From the human T2T-CHM13v2.0 reference genome, Homo sapiens, in the NCBI RefSeq assembly GCF_009914755.1, contig NC_060941.1: DNA of 64,000 nt; one strand, written 5' to 3'. The notes below the pieces were generated by a model that was given only the letters and a program-made list of their open reading frames with translations, had not been told where the DNA came from and did not search any database. A program made the position numbers and the translations under genes. Of the stretch, positions 1 through 25,540 are shown piece by piece (positions within the stretch are counted from its first letter, which is position 1; every line of letters begins with the position of its first letter).

Positions 1-127
1 GTTTGGGGTGGAATCTGATCTTTCCATGTTTGCTCAATTGTTTAAAAATACAGCAGGACCAGTTTCAGTGCTTGAGCTACCAGTTTTTGACTTCTGCATC
101 ATCCATCCCCTCTTCCCTGGCCAGTGA

Positions 128-643
<516 letters not shown>

Positions 644-1410
644 TCCCCAAACAGTTTAACCTGCTGCCCAAGAGATTATCAAAGTGGAAGGACTCAACTG
701 TCCAAAGCAAGTGGGACAGCCCCTAGGGGTTAGACCACTGGCCTCAGTGTCCAAAGGCTCAAGCACCTGTTGCTTCTGCTTCTTCCCCTGCCTGTAAGGG
801 GTGAACAGCGTTCTCAGTTCCTCTCGTGCACCAGGCCCCTGACACACTGACCTTTCCTAGAGGACCTTAGACCAGCACTGACCCCTCCAGTGAGCAGGCA
901 AACGGCTTTTCATGGTGGCAGTGTCAGCAAGAATGTGTTGCCCAATAGTGAAAGAACAGGCTGCAGACCCCCAGGAGAAGTAGTGGAGCATCCATTGTGT
1001 CATCAGCCTGGGCTTTTCAGGTGACATCTGTGGCAGCTCTGCAGACTGCAGTTGCGTGATGTACACACCTGAGTTTGGGGTCAGCTCTACCTTAGGTCCA
1101 CTGCTGTCCTGCAGGACAGTAAGAGGGCCTGGTCCCCAGTCATTAATCTTGACATTGTCTCAGTCTCTTCCTAATTTCCAGTCCTAGAAAAGCTTGGCCA
1201 TGATGTTGACTGGACACAGACCCCTCTGCAGAGTCAGAGGGGGCTAGATCCACCCCCTACAGCAATGCCCACACCAGGGTCCCATGAGGCGTGTGTCTTC
1301 TACACTGTCCTCCCATAGGCAGGCGGTCTTATTCAGCACAGCAGGGCCACCTACCCCATGCCAGGGAGCTTTTAGGGAGACAAGCCCAAAGTTTAATAGA
1401 ACTGTCATGA

Positions 1411-1982
<572 letters not shown>

Positions 1983-1999
1983 TTAAGTTGAGGGGACCT

Positions 2000-2453
2000 G
2001 GACGAAGCAGCTGAAAGACTGAGAACTGTTACGGATGAGAGACTAAGGGGACAGGACTGCTAAATGCAATGTGGGGTCCTGGAACAGAAAAAGGACATGA
2101 GTGGGAGAAAAAGGGGTAAAACTCAAAAAAGCCCATAGTTTACTTTTCTAGTTTTTATTTTTTTGGTAGAGATGGAGTCTCCCTATGTTGCCTAGGCTGG
2201 TCTCAAACTCTTGGACTCAAGGATCCGCTCACCTAGGCCTCCCAAAGTGTTGGGATGACAGGCGTGAGCCACCATGCCTGGCCTCTGTAGTTTAATTAAT
2301 AGTGGTGTGCCAGTGTTAATTTCTTGATGTAGACAATTGTGCTATGGTAGTAAGATCTTAATATTTGGGGAAGGTAGGTGAAGAGTGTATGGGAAATCTT
2401 TGTACTATATTTGTAACTTTTTTGTAAGTCTAAAATTACTGTAAAAAATAAAA
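2000..2453 (+). mobile_element. Old L1 (L1MC/ME-type) 3' end, interrupted by an Alu monomer at ~2160-2283
   Basis: Typical L1M 3' end: ...gggaaatctttgtactatatttgtaactttt...aaataaaa. Confidence 0.7.
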
Positions 2454-3247
2454 TGGAATGGAAGACCTGGAATAGAGAAGTAAAAAATGAAGCAAATGGA
2501 ACAAGATCACCCAAGCAGCATCAGAATCAGAGTGGACAGCACATACTATGGTGACTAGGACCCTGAGATTCTGGAGATTATGAGAGGTGTGGGCACCTGC
2601 TAGGCAGAGCTTGCCAGCTATGGCCCCACCTCCATTCTGCCCCTTGCCACTTGCACCACCTCAGGTCCCCAGACCCATCAGGGGCTCATGGCTGATAGAA
2701 CACAGATGCCAAGGAACCTAACTCAGGATGAGATGCTGCCTTGGGACAGAGAACACTTGTGATTCAACCAAGGTCTTTGGGGCTGGGGTGAGTCACTAAA
2801 GAAACTGCGGTAATAGGACAGGTGGCAGTTGGGTTTCCTAGGAGAAGGGGTCCTCAGGGAGTAGAAGAGGCAGGAAGTGAGCCTGCAAGGATGGAATAAT
2901 GAACAGGGCTGTGGGTAAAAAAGGAAGCAAATCATGGTGGACTATGGTAGTGACTCAGAGCCTGGAAAAGAGGGTCAAATACCTGCTCATAGGGACCTTG
3001 GGCAAAAGGAAATGAGAACTGACTCCAGGGCAGGCCAAATGCAAGGACCAAGATTTCTCAAAGGAAACTAGGAAGCCGCTAGGCCATGTCCTTTGGGCCT
3101 GCCTGAAAACCCACCACCAGGCCTCCTCCCACTCACTGCCTGTGGCCGACACCATAATTACCAAGGCAGGTAGTCTGGGGACTGAAACTGATTTAATTCA
3201 CTTGGACTTTGAAGCTCAACATCCCTCCAGTCAACAAACACACTCGT

Positions 3248-3575
3248 GGACGGGCACAGTGGCTCATGCCTATAATCCCAGCATTTTGGGAGGCTGAGGT
3301 AGGAGGACTGCTTGAGCCCAGGGGTTTGAGACCAAGAGCAACATAGTGAGACCCCATCTCTACAAAAATAAAAAAATTAGCCAGCCATGGTGGTATGTGC
3401 CTACACTCCCAGCTACTTAGGAGGCTGAGGTGGGAGGATCTCTTAAGCCCAGGAGGTCAAGGCTGCAGTGAGCTATGAGTGTGCCACCGTATTCCAGCCT
3501 GGGCAACAGAGTAAGACCCTGTCTCAAAAAACAAACAAACAAACAAACAAAAAAAACGAAAGAAAAGAAAAAAAA
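3248..3575 (+). mobile_element. AluJ-type element
   Basis: Diverged dimeric Alu with A-rich tail. Confidence 0.9.
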
Positions 3576-4173
3576 CCAAAACAACAAAACACACACTCAG
3601 CCCTGCTCCCACCATGTGCAAAAATGTCCTGCACCCTACTCACCATACGTAACACCCATCATACTGAAAAGCTTAAAAAAGTGGTTTATGCATAAACATT
3701 ACAGATTAGCATTTTTTGAGCACACCTTGTGGGCTAGGATTGTGAGAAGAAGCCAGAGAAAGTTAAGAGATGTGGTCCCTCTCGTGAAGGAGGTCCCATT
3801 CTAACAGGGAATACCAGCCACCCACAATGTATTTGGGAAGCCATCTATAAGCACATGCAAGGATCGTTTAGAGGGTTAGCCACAAGCACCAACAGGCAGG
3901 ACACCGATAAGTTTCAGCCTCCTCTGATCTCGTCCCAAGCCTCTGAGGACCCACCTCCCTTGGGCCTCTGATAAACCCACTCAGGGCTTAGGCATCTGCT
4001 GGCAGAGCACCAAGCACACGCCCTTCTGTAAGTCCTGGTGTTGCTACTCTTGGGGCTCCAAGCTGAGTTCACCTCAAGGCTGGGCCCAAGAATTCCTGAG
4101 CTTCAGGCCCTCCAGCACACCCCTTGCTCTGCTATCAGCCTTCTTCCTCTCACCTCTTAGAAAGCTGGACACA

Positions 4174-4494
<321 letters not shown>

Positions 4495-4559
4495 CTATAT
4501 TTCACCAGCATCATTACCACTCCTCCTTGACTCTCCATTTCCCTACCACCGTCCCTAAC

Positions 4560-5010
4560 TCTCCCAGGCCCTCTTCCCTTCTCAGACATTCTCATCCTCC
4601 CTCGTGACTCTAAGTGCCACCTCGAGGCTCATGCTACCTAAACCAGTATCATCAGCCCTGACCTCCCCACGAAGCTCCAGACTCCATTATCCAACCTGGC
4701 CAAACATGGGTGTCCCATCAACCCTCACACTCAAAATGTTGCTAAGGAATTCACCTTTCCCCCAAACCTCCTCCTCCAACAAGCCCCACTTCAATGAACA
4801 GCACCACCTGTGTCACCTAAAGCCAGCCCTGGTGGGTGGATCCCTCCTCTCCACATGCCCTACGCCATACTCATGCATCAGGATCCTGCCCCCACCTTCC
4901 ACTTAGACAACACCACAGCTTCTCCCAACCTATCCCTGCCACCAGCCTGACCCTCCCTTGCTCATCACCCATTTGGTCACCAGAGCCAGGTTCCAAAACA
5001 CAAATCCAAT
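4560..5010 (+). mobile_element. L2 fragment
   Basis: Resembles the pyrimidine-rich L2 3' region (ccagactccattatccaacct...ctcacactcaaaatgtt). Confidence 0.55.
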
Positions 5011-5068
5011 CACTAAAGTAAAACTGAAATACATAATTTAGTCAGATAATTAGAAAAAAGGTGGTTTA

Positions 5069-5826
<758 letters not shown>

Positions 5827-6516
5827 TAAGACTTTCTCAAGAGAAGACTGAAACAGTAAAATAATTCCTTTCTCCCACTCAGAAAGTCCCTGCTCGTGGT
5901 TGCGTCAGTAGCAAAAGTAGCTAGCAGGCTTGTTTCCCTTCTGGTTGTGCACTGAGGGGCTGCTTTGTGACCCAGAAACCAAATCCAACTAAGCAGAAAA
6001 ACATAACCCAAGTCTACTTATTATCCTCAAGACAAAGGGAAAAATACAAAAGGGCAATCAACTGCACACTTCTTTGCTAATCGCCAAGGGAAGGAGACGC
6101 TGTCAGAATCTAGCACTTTTTCTCCCCATCTGGTCTTTAAAAAGCAGGAACTAGACACTGGTTCACAGGCTAAAAAATATCACAGGATAAAATATCAGAA
6201 TCATTGTGTCTAAAAGCCTGACCCTGGGCACCTGCATGATGACTCTGCAGCAAGGAGCACCTATCCCTGCCTGCTTGTTCAGCTTGTTTTCTCATCACCT
6301 TTGCTCCAGCAGTATTACATGTCTCCAGGTTCCCCCAAGTGCACCATGCCTTTACTCACAATGTTCCCTCTTGCTGGGACGCCTGTTCCATCGTCCATCT
6401 AGCGAAAACTTACTCATTAAGACATCAAATGTCCACTCCCTTTACAAAGCCTTTCCTGACTGTTTGATCCTCTTCTTTTTGCTCCTCTTTACTGTACAGA
6501 AACACCCGTTAAAATA

Positions 6517-8785
<2,269 letters not shown>

Positions 8786-9069
8786 TCACCTCACCGTCTC
8801 TTCCTCACCCCACTGCACCTCCCCACTCGGGGCATGGTCCACAAGTCATTTCAACCTCTCCCACTCTCATGCCCTAATTTCTCCCCACAACCAGATTACC
8901 CTTTTCTCTATGTGTCCCCATCACCTTGCCTCAGAGTCTGGCCCCTAATTCCATTTTCCATTTTTCTTTTCCCATTCCACTAGTCTCCCTTCCCAGGGGG
9001 TACTTCCTGCCCTAAGCTCACCTACAGGCACCTACTATGGGCCAGCCACTTAATACTGACTACTCCCCT

Positions 9070-14570
<5,501 letters not shown>

Positions 14571-15271
14571 CTCTGGGACCTGCTGGCCCAGAGTGGAGCT
14601 AGGGCTAGGTGTCAAGAGAGGGTGTGGGATTGGGACCCAGGCCCTTCTTTCTAAACTCAACCCATTTCCCTCCCTACCCCTTATCTTCAGGACTCTTCAG
14701 AGCTAATCCTCTAAGTTCTCTGTACTCAGTTGGTTCTCAGTTAGCTGGTCAAGTGGAGTGTAATGGTGGCGTAGAGAATCACAAATGGAAAATAATTCCA
14801 TAATTATTTTTTTGACCTTGCCTATGATTGATTAGGATAGCTCCCTCTAGGGGTAGCAGCCGGTGTGACTCCCTTTCTGGTGACAGACAGGGCCCCAGCA
14901 GCCCTGTCTGTTACCATGTGAGTCATACTGGCCAAAGCTTAGTCCTAGCATATGCACCTGAGCCAACCTGGCCAATCAGATTGTTTTGTCAATAATTTGA
15001 AATTTGAACTGGAGAGATCCAGAACCTTGGGAGTCATTAAAGCCAAGTCATTCATAGCAGCCAGGAAACAATAGGAACCAACAGCCTCTGCCTGCTGCTA
15101 TTGCAATTCCCAGGATCTCTCCTTCCCTGGATCCCTCCCTCCCAGGTCTGGGCTGTGCAGTTCCTCCCCCTGCCTTAAAACACCCCACTATCTCTGTAAA
15201 GTCTCTCTCTCTCTTTTTTTTTTTTTTTTACTTAATCTAGCTAGAATCTATTTCTGTTGATTACAACTTAA

Positions 15272-15733
<462 letters not shown>

Positions 15734-16119
15734 GGATAGTATATTTTTATAGCACTTCCCCTACTGATTGCTGCCTTCTCTGTGGCTACAAGGGACCCAC
15801 AGAATTACAGGGAAGTTACAGGGAAGCAGGTTTCATCTCAATATTGGGAGAGATTTCAAACAATCACACCTGCCTGAGAAGGAGTGGGCTGTCACTAGGA
15901 ATTTTTATTCCCAGTCCGTCAGGAATTTTGTAGAAGGGCTTCATGTGCTGGTACCAATAGGACAGGAAGATTTTAATCAGCTTTACTATCTATGTTTTTT
16001 TATGGAAACTGTGTGTATGTATACATACATTTTCCAAAAAGAAAAATTAAATGATTATAGAGATTATGTTTTTCAGACTACTCACGTATCTGCTTTTCTT
16101 ACTCCCCACCTCTGCTGAT

Positions 16120-16480
16120 AATTCCTAGTTCATTGGTTTTTCCCCCACACTGGAATTACCTGGGGAGCTTAAAAAACCCTGATGCCTGGGTCCCACCCTC
16201 AGAGATGATTGAACCAGCCTGGCCAGCATGGCAAAACCCTGTCTCTACTATGATATGAATGCAGCCTGGGCACTGGGAAATTTAAAAACTCCCCAGATAA
16301 TTCTGTGCAGCCAAGGTTGAGACCTCCTAGTCTAGAGCTTTGCTATACACAGGGTGGTCCACAAGCCAGGAGCATCAGCATCACTTGGCAGCGCCTTAGA
16401 GATTCAGACCCCAGACCCACTGAATCTGACCCTGCATTTTCACTAGACCCCAGGTGATCAGCTGCACTAGACTCAACCTC
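16120..16480. mobile_element. Two MER5-type fragments in the PNPO 3' UTR
   Basis: Motifs tggaattacctggggagctt, ctccccagataattct, agcatcagcatcacttgg and gaccccaggtgat. Confidence 0.6.
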
Positions 16481-17071
16481 TAAACCAAGACCTCCCACCC
16501 TCACAGTCTATGATCCTTTAGTGACCCTCAGCTGAGTCCTGTGCTGAACTGTGTTTGTTCTCCTTGAGCACATGCCCGCTGACCAGGGACAGACTGGATG
16601 AGCAAGCAACCTGCTGGCTATGGAGAAGAGCCAGGCTGGGTAAATGTTTGCTGTGACTAAGCCAGGATCAAAGAACTGCCTGTTGCTTGCACTGGCTGGC
16701 ACTGAGCTTGCCACTCTGTGAACTGTGCTTCCTTCCCCTGCATGGACCTGTGCCTCAGTCACTATTATCCGCAGGCCTTCTCCAAGGGCAGCCCTCTCCT
16801 TGTTTATCCCTCTTAAGCCTGCGTGCAGGAAGGCACATTAACCCTGTGGCCCCCTGCAGGCAGGAGGGTGTTGGGTGCCCTTACCTACCTTGCCCTTTTT
16901 CTTGTACCGTAGGCTGTGCCGTTTATGAGTAAGTGATGTGTGTCTGTGTGTGTGTCTAGAAGTGCTGCACTCACCTTGTGTTATTGGAGGTTGTGTAACC
17001 CCCTAGCTTTGAGCCTGGTCTCAGATGTTCCTTTTCCGTTCTCTGTCCAGCCGTTACCGCCCCCAGTCTGT

Positions 17072-17077
17072 AATAAA
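17072..17077 (+). terminator. PNPO polyadenylation signal
   Basis: AATAAA preceded by TGTA and followed by a T/GT-rich stretch (tttattgatgtt). Confidence 0.8.
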
Positions 17078-17203
17078 AGCCTATCAGCCGTGCACTTTAT
17101 TGATGTTCAACCCGGCCTGGTCTCCCTCAACCCCCAAGGAGGGGACTTGGGGAATTTAAGCAACTTTCCTGTCCCCTCACTTCTCTGCACCTTGTAGGCA
17201 GTA

Positions 17204-17222
17204 CGTCCAGTAGGGGGAGCCC
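17204..17222 (+). promoter_or_regulatory. Candidate CTCF site
   Basis: CCAGTAGGGGGAGC at 17207-17220 closely matches the CTCF core CCASYAGRKGGCRS and lies in a small CpG-rich patch. Confidence 0.6.
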
Positions 17223-18649
17223 GCCGCCCAAGGTCGGCCCCTTCCGGGCAGTGAAAGCAACTTCTAGCCGGCCTCCCCCTTCATCGGCTTGGGCCGCGTC
17301 CCAGTGAAACTGTGGTCGATAACCCGTAGCCTCTCCCGGTTGCCGCACATATTTGCGCTCTCGGTTCCTCCTCTTCCCCTGTTCTCATGAAAACTTGCAG
17401 CTGCCTCGCTCTGCTTCCCTGGGCATCCAGATCTCCCTTTGGCTTCTAGTACCTACCCCACATCCATCTGGCCACCCAGCTTAGAAACATATGTGGACTT
17501 TACCTAGAAGATGGAGCCGGGGTCAGTATGCAAGGGGCAGAGGGGCTGTGGATACTCTCACCCAGAGGGGTAATGGTGATACTGGAGGAGTTGGCAGTAC
17601 AGTGCCAGTATTATCTAGAACCTTAGGTTGGTGGCCCAGGGGCCATCCTTATCCCCCACCTCAGGGAAACCGAGAATGGGCAGATGTGGGAGATACCTGT
17701 AGTCTAGGGTCTTAGGGGACACTCAGCTTCAAAGCTGGTTGGCTTTATCCATCTGCTTCCAGAGTTTGTCCAGCCCCCTCGAGTGATGCTCACCTCCCAG
17801 GATCCTAAGACCCAGACGTTGCTCCCTCCCCTCCCAACTTCCCCTTCTGCAGAAGGTGTCTGTGCTTTTCTTTGTTCTGAGCTTCAGTTTCCTGTCCCTG
17901 TAGCAGATGAGAATCAAGAGTGGAAGGTGGCTGTGTGGGACAGTGGTCACATGTACAAGCTGGCTCTGGCTTCAGTCCCAGCTGTACCACTGCCAGCGCC
18001 TGGCCCCCAGGGTGAGTGATTTAACCTCTAAGCCTCAGCCAACTTGTCTGAAAAATGGGGATAATGACAGCACCTGTCTCAGGTGATGATAGGATTAAAT
18101 GAACAACCTTAGGGAGGACTTGTTCTAGGGGCTGCCTGCCTTAAGCACCCTATAAATGTTAGCTATTAACACTGGGCAGGGCTGCGGTGTAGGGAAAGTC
18201 TGAGATCCTCTGTGGAGGCCTCATGGATTGAGTAATTGGTGAGACCCTAGAAAGTTCTGTGTAGTGGGACGGGGTAGGGGAAAGAGGCTTTGGGTAAGGC
18301 AGCACCCCTGAGCCTGACTTCCATCCCTCCAGCTCCTGGTCTCCCTTACTCATCATTTGAGGTCCCCCTGGCCGGGACGAGGCACCTAACAAAGCCTCCC
18401 TTGTATAGGTCTGTTTGTTTCACTAATAAATTCCCTGAGCAACAGCTCCTGGGGTGGGGTGGCCCAGCAGCCTGCCAGGAGCTGACCTGGAAGCCGCAGG
18501 ACCACATTGTTTAGTGGCCACCTTGGTCTCTCCCTGTATTTCTACCACGAGCTCCAGAGATTTGGCCAACATTTTTTTAGTTCCCAGCTCTTATGGCTTG
18601 AGAAAGAGCTGGACCTAACCTCATAAAGTGACAGCTTTCTCTCCTCTTT

Positions 18650-19530
<881 letters not shown>

Positions 19531-19776
19531 CCCAAACCAAACCACTGAAACTTTGGGGTCAATCACCAAAGGTCTGCCCTACTCTCTTAGAGCACCTGAC
19601 GGGCTCTCTGTTGACTGGAGAGAACTGACCACTGAGGTGTAACTAGCTCCTTCTGCTGCCCCATCCCCATACTAAGGCTAGTTTGATGGTAAAAATTAGT
19701 GACCCAGTTCCTACATTGTCACACCTGGGAACCCTTCCTGAAGCTTGAAAGGAACAGTTTGAGCACAAAGGTCCAC

Positions 19777-19782
19777 TTTACT
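19777..19782 (-). terminator. Candidate PRR15L polyA signal (variant AGTAAA)
   Basis: Plus-strand TTTACT equals minus-strand AGTAAA, preceded by TGTA on the minus strand, ~930 nt downstream of the stop codon. Confidence 0.5.
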
Positions 19783-20709
19783 TACATGAAGGAACATAAA
19801 GGCATGAGAAACAGTCATCTCAATAAATGCAAGACATGAGCATAAAAGAGGTTCTCTGCCTTTCCAGCGTTGTTATTACAGAGAGAAACCTACAATTATT
19901 TTGTTAAACAAAATTCAAGGCTCCAGGACTCATCTCTGGAGCTGATATGTCTTAAATACTATTATAGTAGGAAAGGGAGAGGAGAAAATTCCCCACCCAC
20001 TCCCCCGATTTGGCCCGTGTAGCTTCCCTTTGAGGGTGTGTGACTTGCCATCTGCAAAAGTCATGGCCAAAACAGGAACTAACAGGCCAAACTACCATCA
20101 ATCTAGTCTTCTACAGCACCCTAACAGAGTGCCAGGGTCCTCTGTCCCCTCCGCACCTGAGGGCAAAGTTCCAGGAAGTTTACTGCCGGTGTTAGGAGGT
20201 GAGCTCAAGTTCAGTGTCTCTGCCTCTGGCTCCACAGAAACCAGCCCCTATCACGTGGCTTCTGGAAAATGTGCCCTCCTCAGGATTGGTCCAGGGAGTA
20301 GTCACAGGTAGAGAAAGTAAAGGGAGCAGCAATTGAAACTCGCCCTTGACCCTGTGTCCAGTAAGGAGGTGAAGTCTGTCTGGCTCACTCCATTCCCTGC
20401 CATGCCCACCTCCCTGCTGGCCCTGCCATTGCTTCAAGGAGGGCTGTTCCTCCTGGGTGAGACTTTTCACCCTTGAACTAGAGTGCCTTTGTATGTGGTC
20501 AGGGGGAGGGTGGAGGACCCTGGGATCTCCCAGGCCTTACAAAAGTGGCGGCACATAAATACAAACCTAAAAAACAGCCATTTCCTGCCAGCAGGTATCA
20601 ACTGGCCCCACAGCTTCAGCTATGGCCAAAGAGGCCAGCGTGGCAAGGTCCTGTCTCAGATCTGGCTGATGGCAGGGAGCCAAGAGGTGCTAGCACCCTC
20701 CTCAGCCCT

Positions 20710-21021
20710 TCACTTTGATGACCGTCCTTCCTCGTGATCATCAAAGAGGTTAGGGTTCTCTGCCAGCGTGGCTCTCACTTTCTTCTTCTCCTTGAAGCGT
20801 CCTGAGTTGGAGACCTTGACGTGCTTGCCCTTTGTGCTCTTGTCCACAATCTTCTCCAGGCGGGTGTTAAAGTCGCTGTTGGGGCCTCCAGCGTCAGGCC
20901 TCGGGGGTTCTGCATCTCCCTCTGTTTGGGCATAGGTGTCAGGGATCTCATACAGCACTTTGGGAGTGGATTTCTTTTTCCGGAGGAAAGTCAGCTTCCA
21001 CCAACCAATTTCAGTCGTCAT
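20710..21021 (-). CDS. PRR15L: Proline rich 15 like (ATAD4), 103 aa, single coding exon
   Basis: [21 protein letters not shown]...[26 protein letters not shown]...; Kozak gcgccATG; polypyrimidine tract and CAGCAG acceptor at 21051-21055 on the minus strand. Confidence 0.97.
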
Positions 21022-21156
21022 GGCGCTCCCTAAGCCAAGGATGGGGCTTTCTGCTGGAGCAGGGTGGGGGAGACAAAGGGGTCAGTGGGAAAAGGGGGTG
21101 GGTGCCTTTGGACCAGCTTGCTGCAGACTCCTAATCATGGGCTGTTTTAAGAATTA

Positions 21157-24363
<3,207 letters not shown>

Positions 24364-25443
24364 TTAGCAAGCCTGACTTATGGAAATCTGAGTTTGCAAA
24401 ATGGAAAAATTAGCCGACTATTCTTTGTTTTACAAAATAACCCAGCTGTAGGATCTGTAAATAGTCATCATAAAAGATAGTGTAAAATCTGATTTGCTTT
24501 AAAAACAAGCAGACAAAAAAGGTGATGTGATATCCAAACTTCCCAGTTTCTCAAAGTTGCAAAGAACAAGATATCTACAACCGCCTGCCTGTGCCTCACC
24601 ACAGAGGGCTGAAAGGGGTTGGGGGAGTGGGGGCAGGTGCTTGGGACTTCAAACAGACCCAGCATTTGGTGACACATGGTGGGCCCTGCAGTTAGCTCGT
24701 GCAGGTTCCTGAGCTGGCCGAGCTAAGGGCTGGGCCCTTGCCCTGGGGCCTTGCAATCCAGGGATGATGGAAATCAGCCCCTGAGGATGCCAGCTTCACC
24801 TCTGCTGTTTGCACAGCTTTGGGGCCATGAAAGGCCTCATGGGACAGCCTGCCACCCCCTGTCTTTGGTGGCCAGCGCTATAGCATGCACATGGGTGTCC
24901 CAGGAGAGGCCCCTCCATACCAGCTGGGTTCTGTGAGCTGCTCTGAAGGGCTTTGCCCAGACTGAGCCAGGCCCCTCCTGAGCTGGGTCAAGTTAACCAT
25001 TGACTGGGGCAGAGGTGGAGGGGCAGGGGGACAGATAGGGGAAGCAAGTCAGCTAATATGTTGTAAGACAAAACCCCAGAACTCCCTCCCCCATCCCTCT
25101 GCAGGGCCCCAATGGCACTTAGGGGGCCTGCAGGATGAGACAGGGGTACCCTGGATAGGAATGGGGAGATGTTCCTACCAGACAGCTGGAAAAATGCTCC
25201 AGACTGGGGGGTCAGAAGGGTGGGCTCCAGTTCAGCAAGGGTTAACAGAAAACTACTCAGCAGGAGCTCTGTTGGAGGCCTGGATTGACTCCAAGAGGCC
25301 AGTGGGATGAGTCTTGAGTGGAGACCAGGTTAGAGGCCTGGGTTCCTCTTTCCTGCTGGGCTTGTCAGCCCTGGAGGCAGAACCAGGTGCTCTGACTGGG
25401 GTCTATGCCTTGGTTTCCCCACCCACCAGCCCTCTGCCTGTAC

Positions 25444-25540
25444 CTGTAATCCCGACTGCTCCAGGCTGGAGGTGAGACCTTTCCTAGAGAAGCAGTTGAG
25501 TGTAGGAGCTGCCTGGGAGGGTGAGACTCGGGAAGCAAGT
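25444..25540 (-). other. PRR15L: Probable non-coding first exon of PRR15L
   Basis: Minus-strand donor CAG|GTACAG at 25444/25443. FOX-like GTAAACA near 25700 and GRHL-like sites further upstream. The TSS is approximate and partly from recalled gene extent. Confidence 0.55.
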
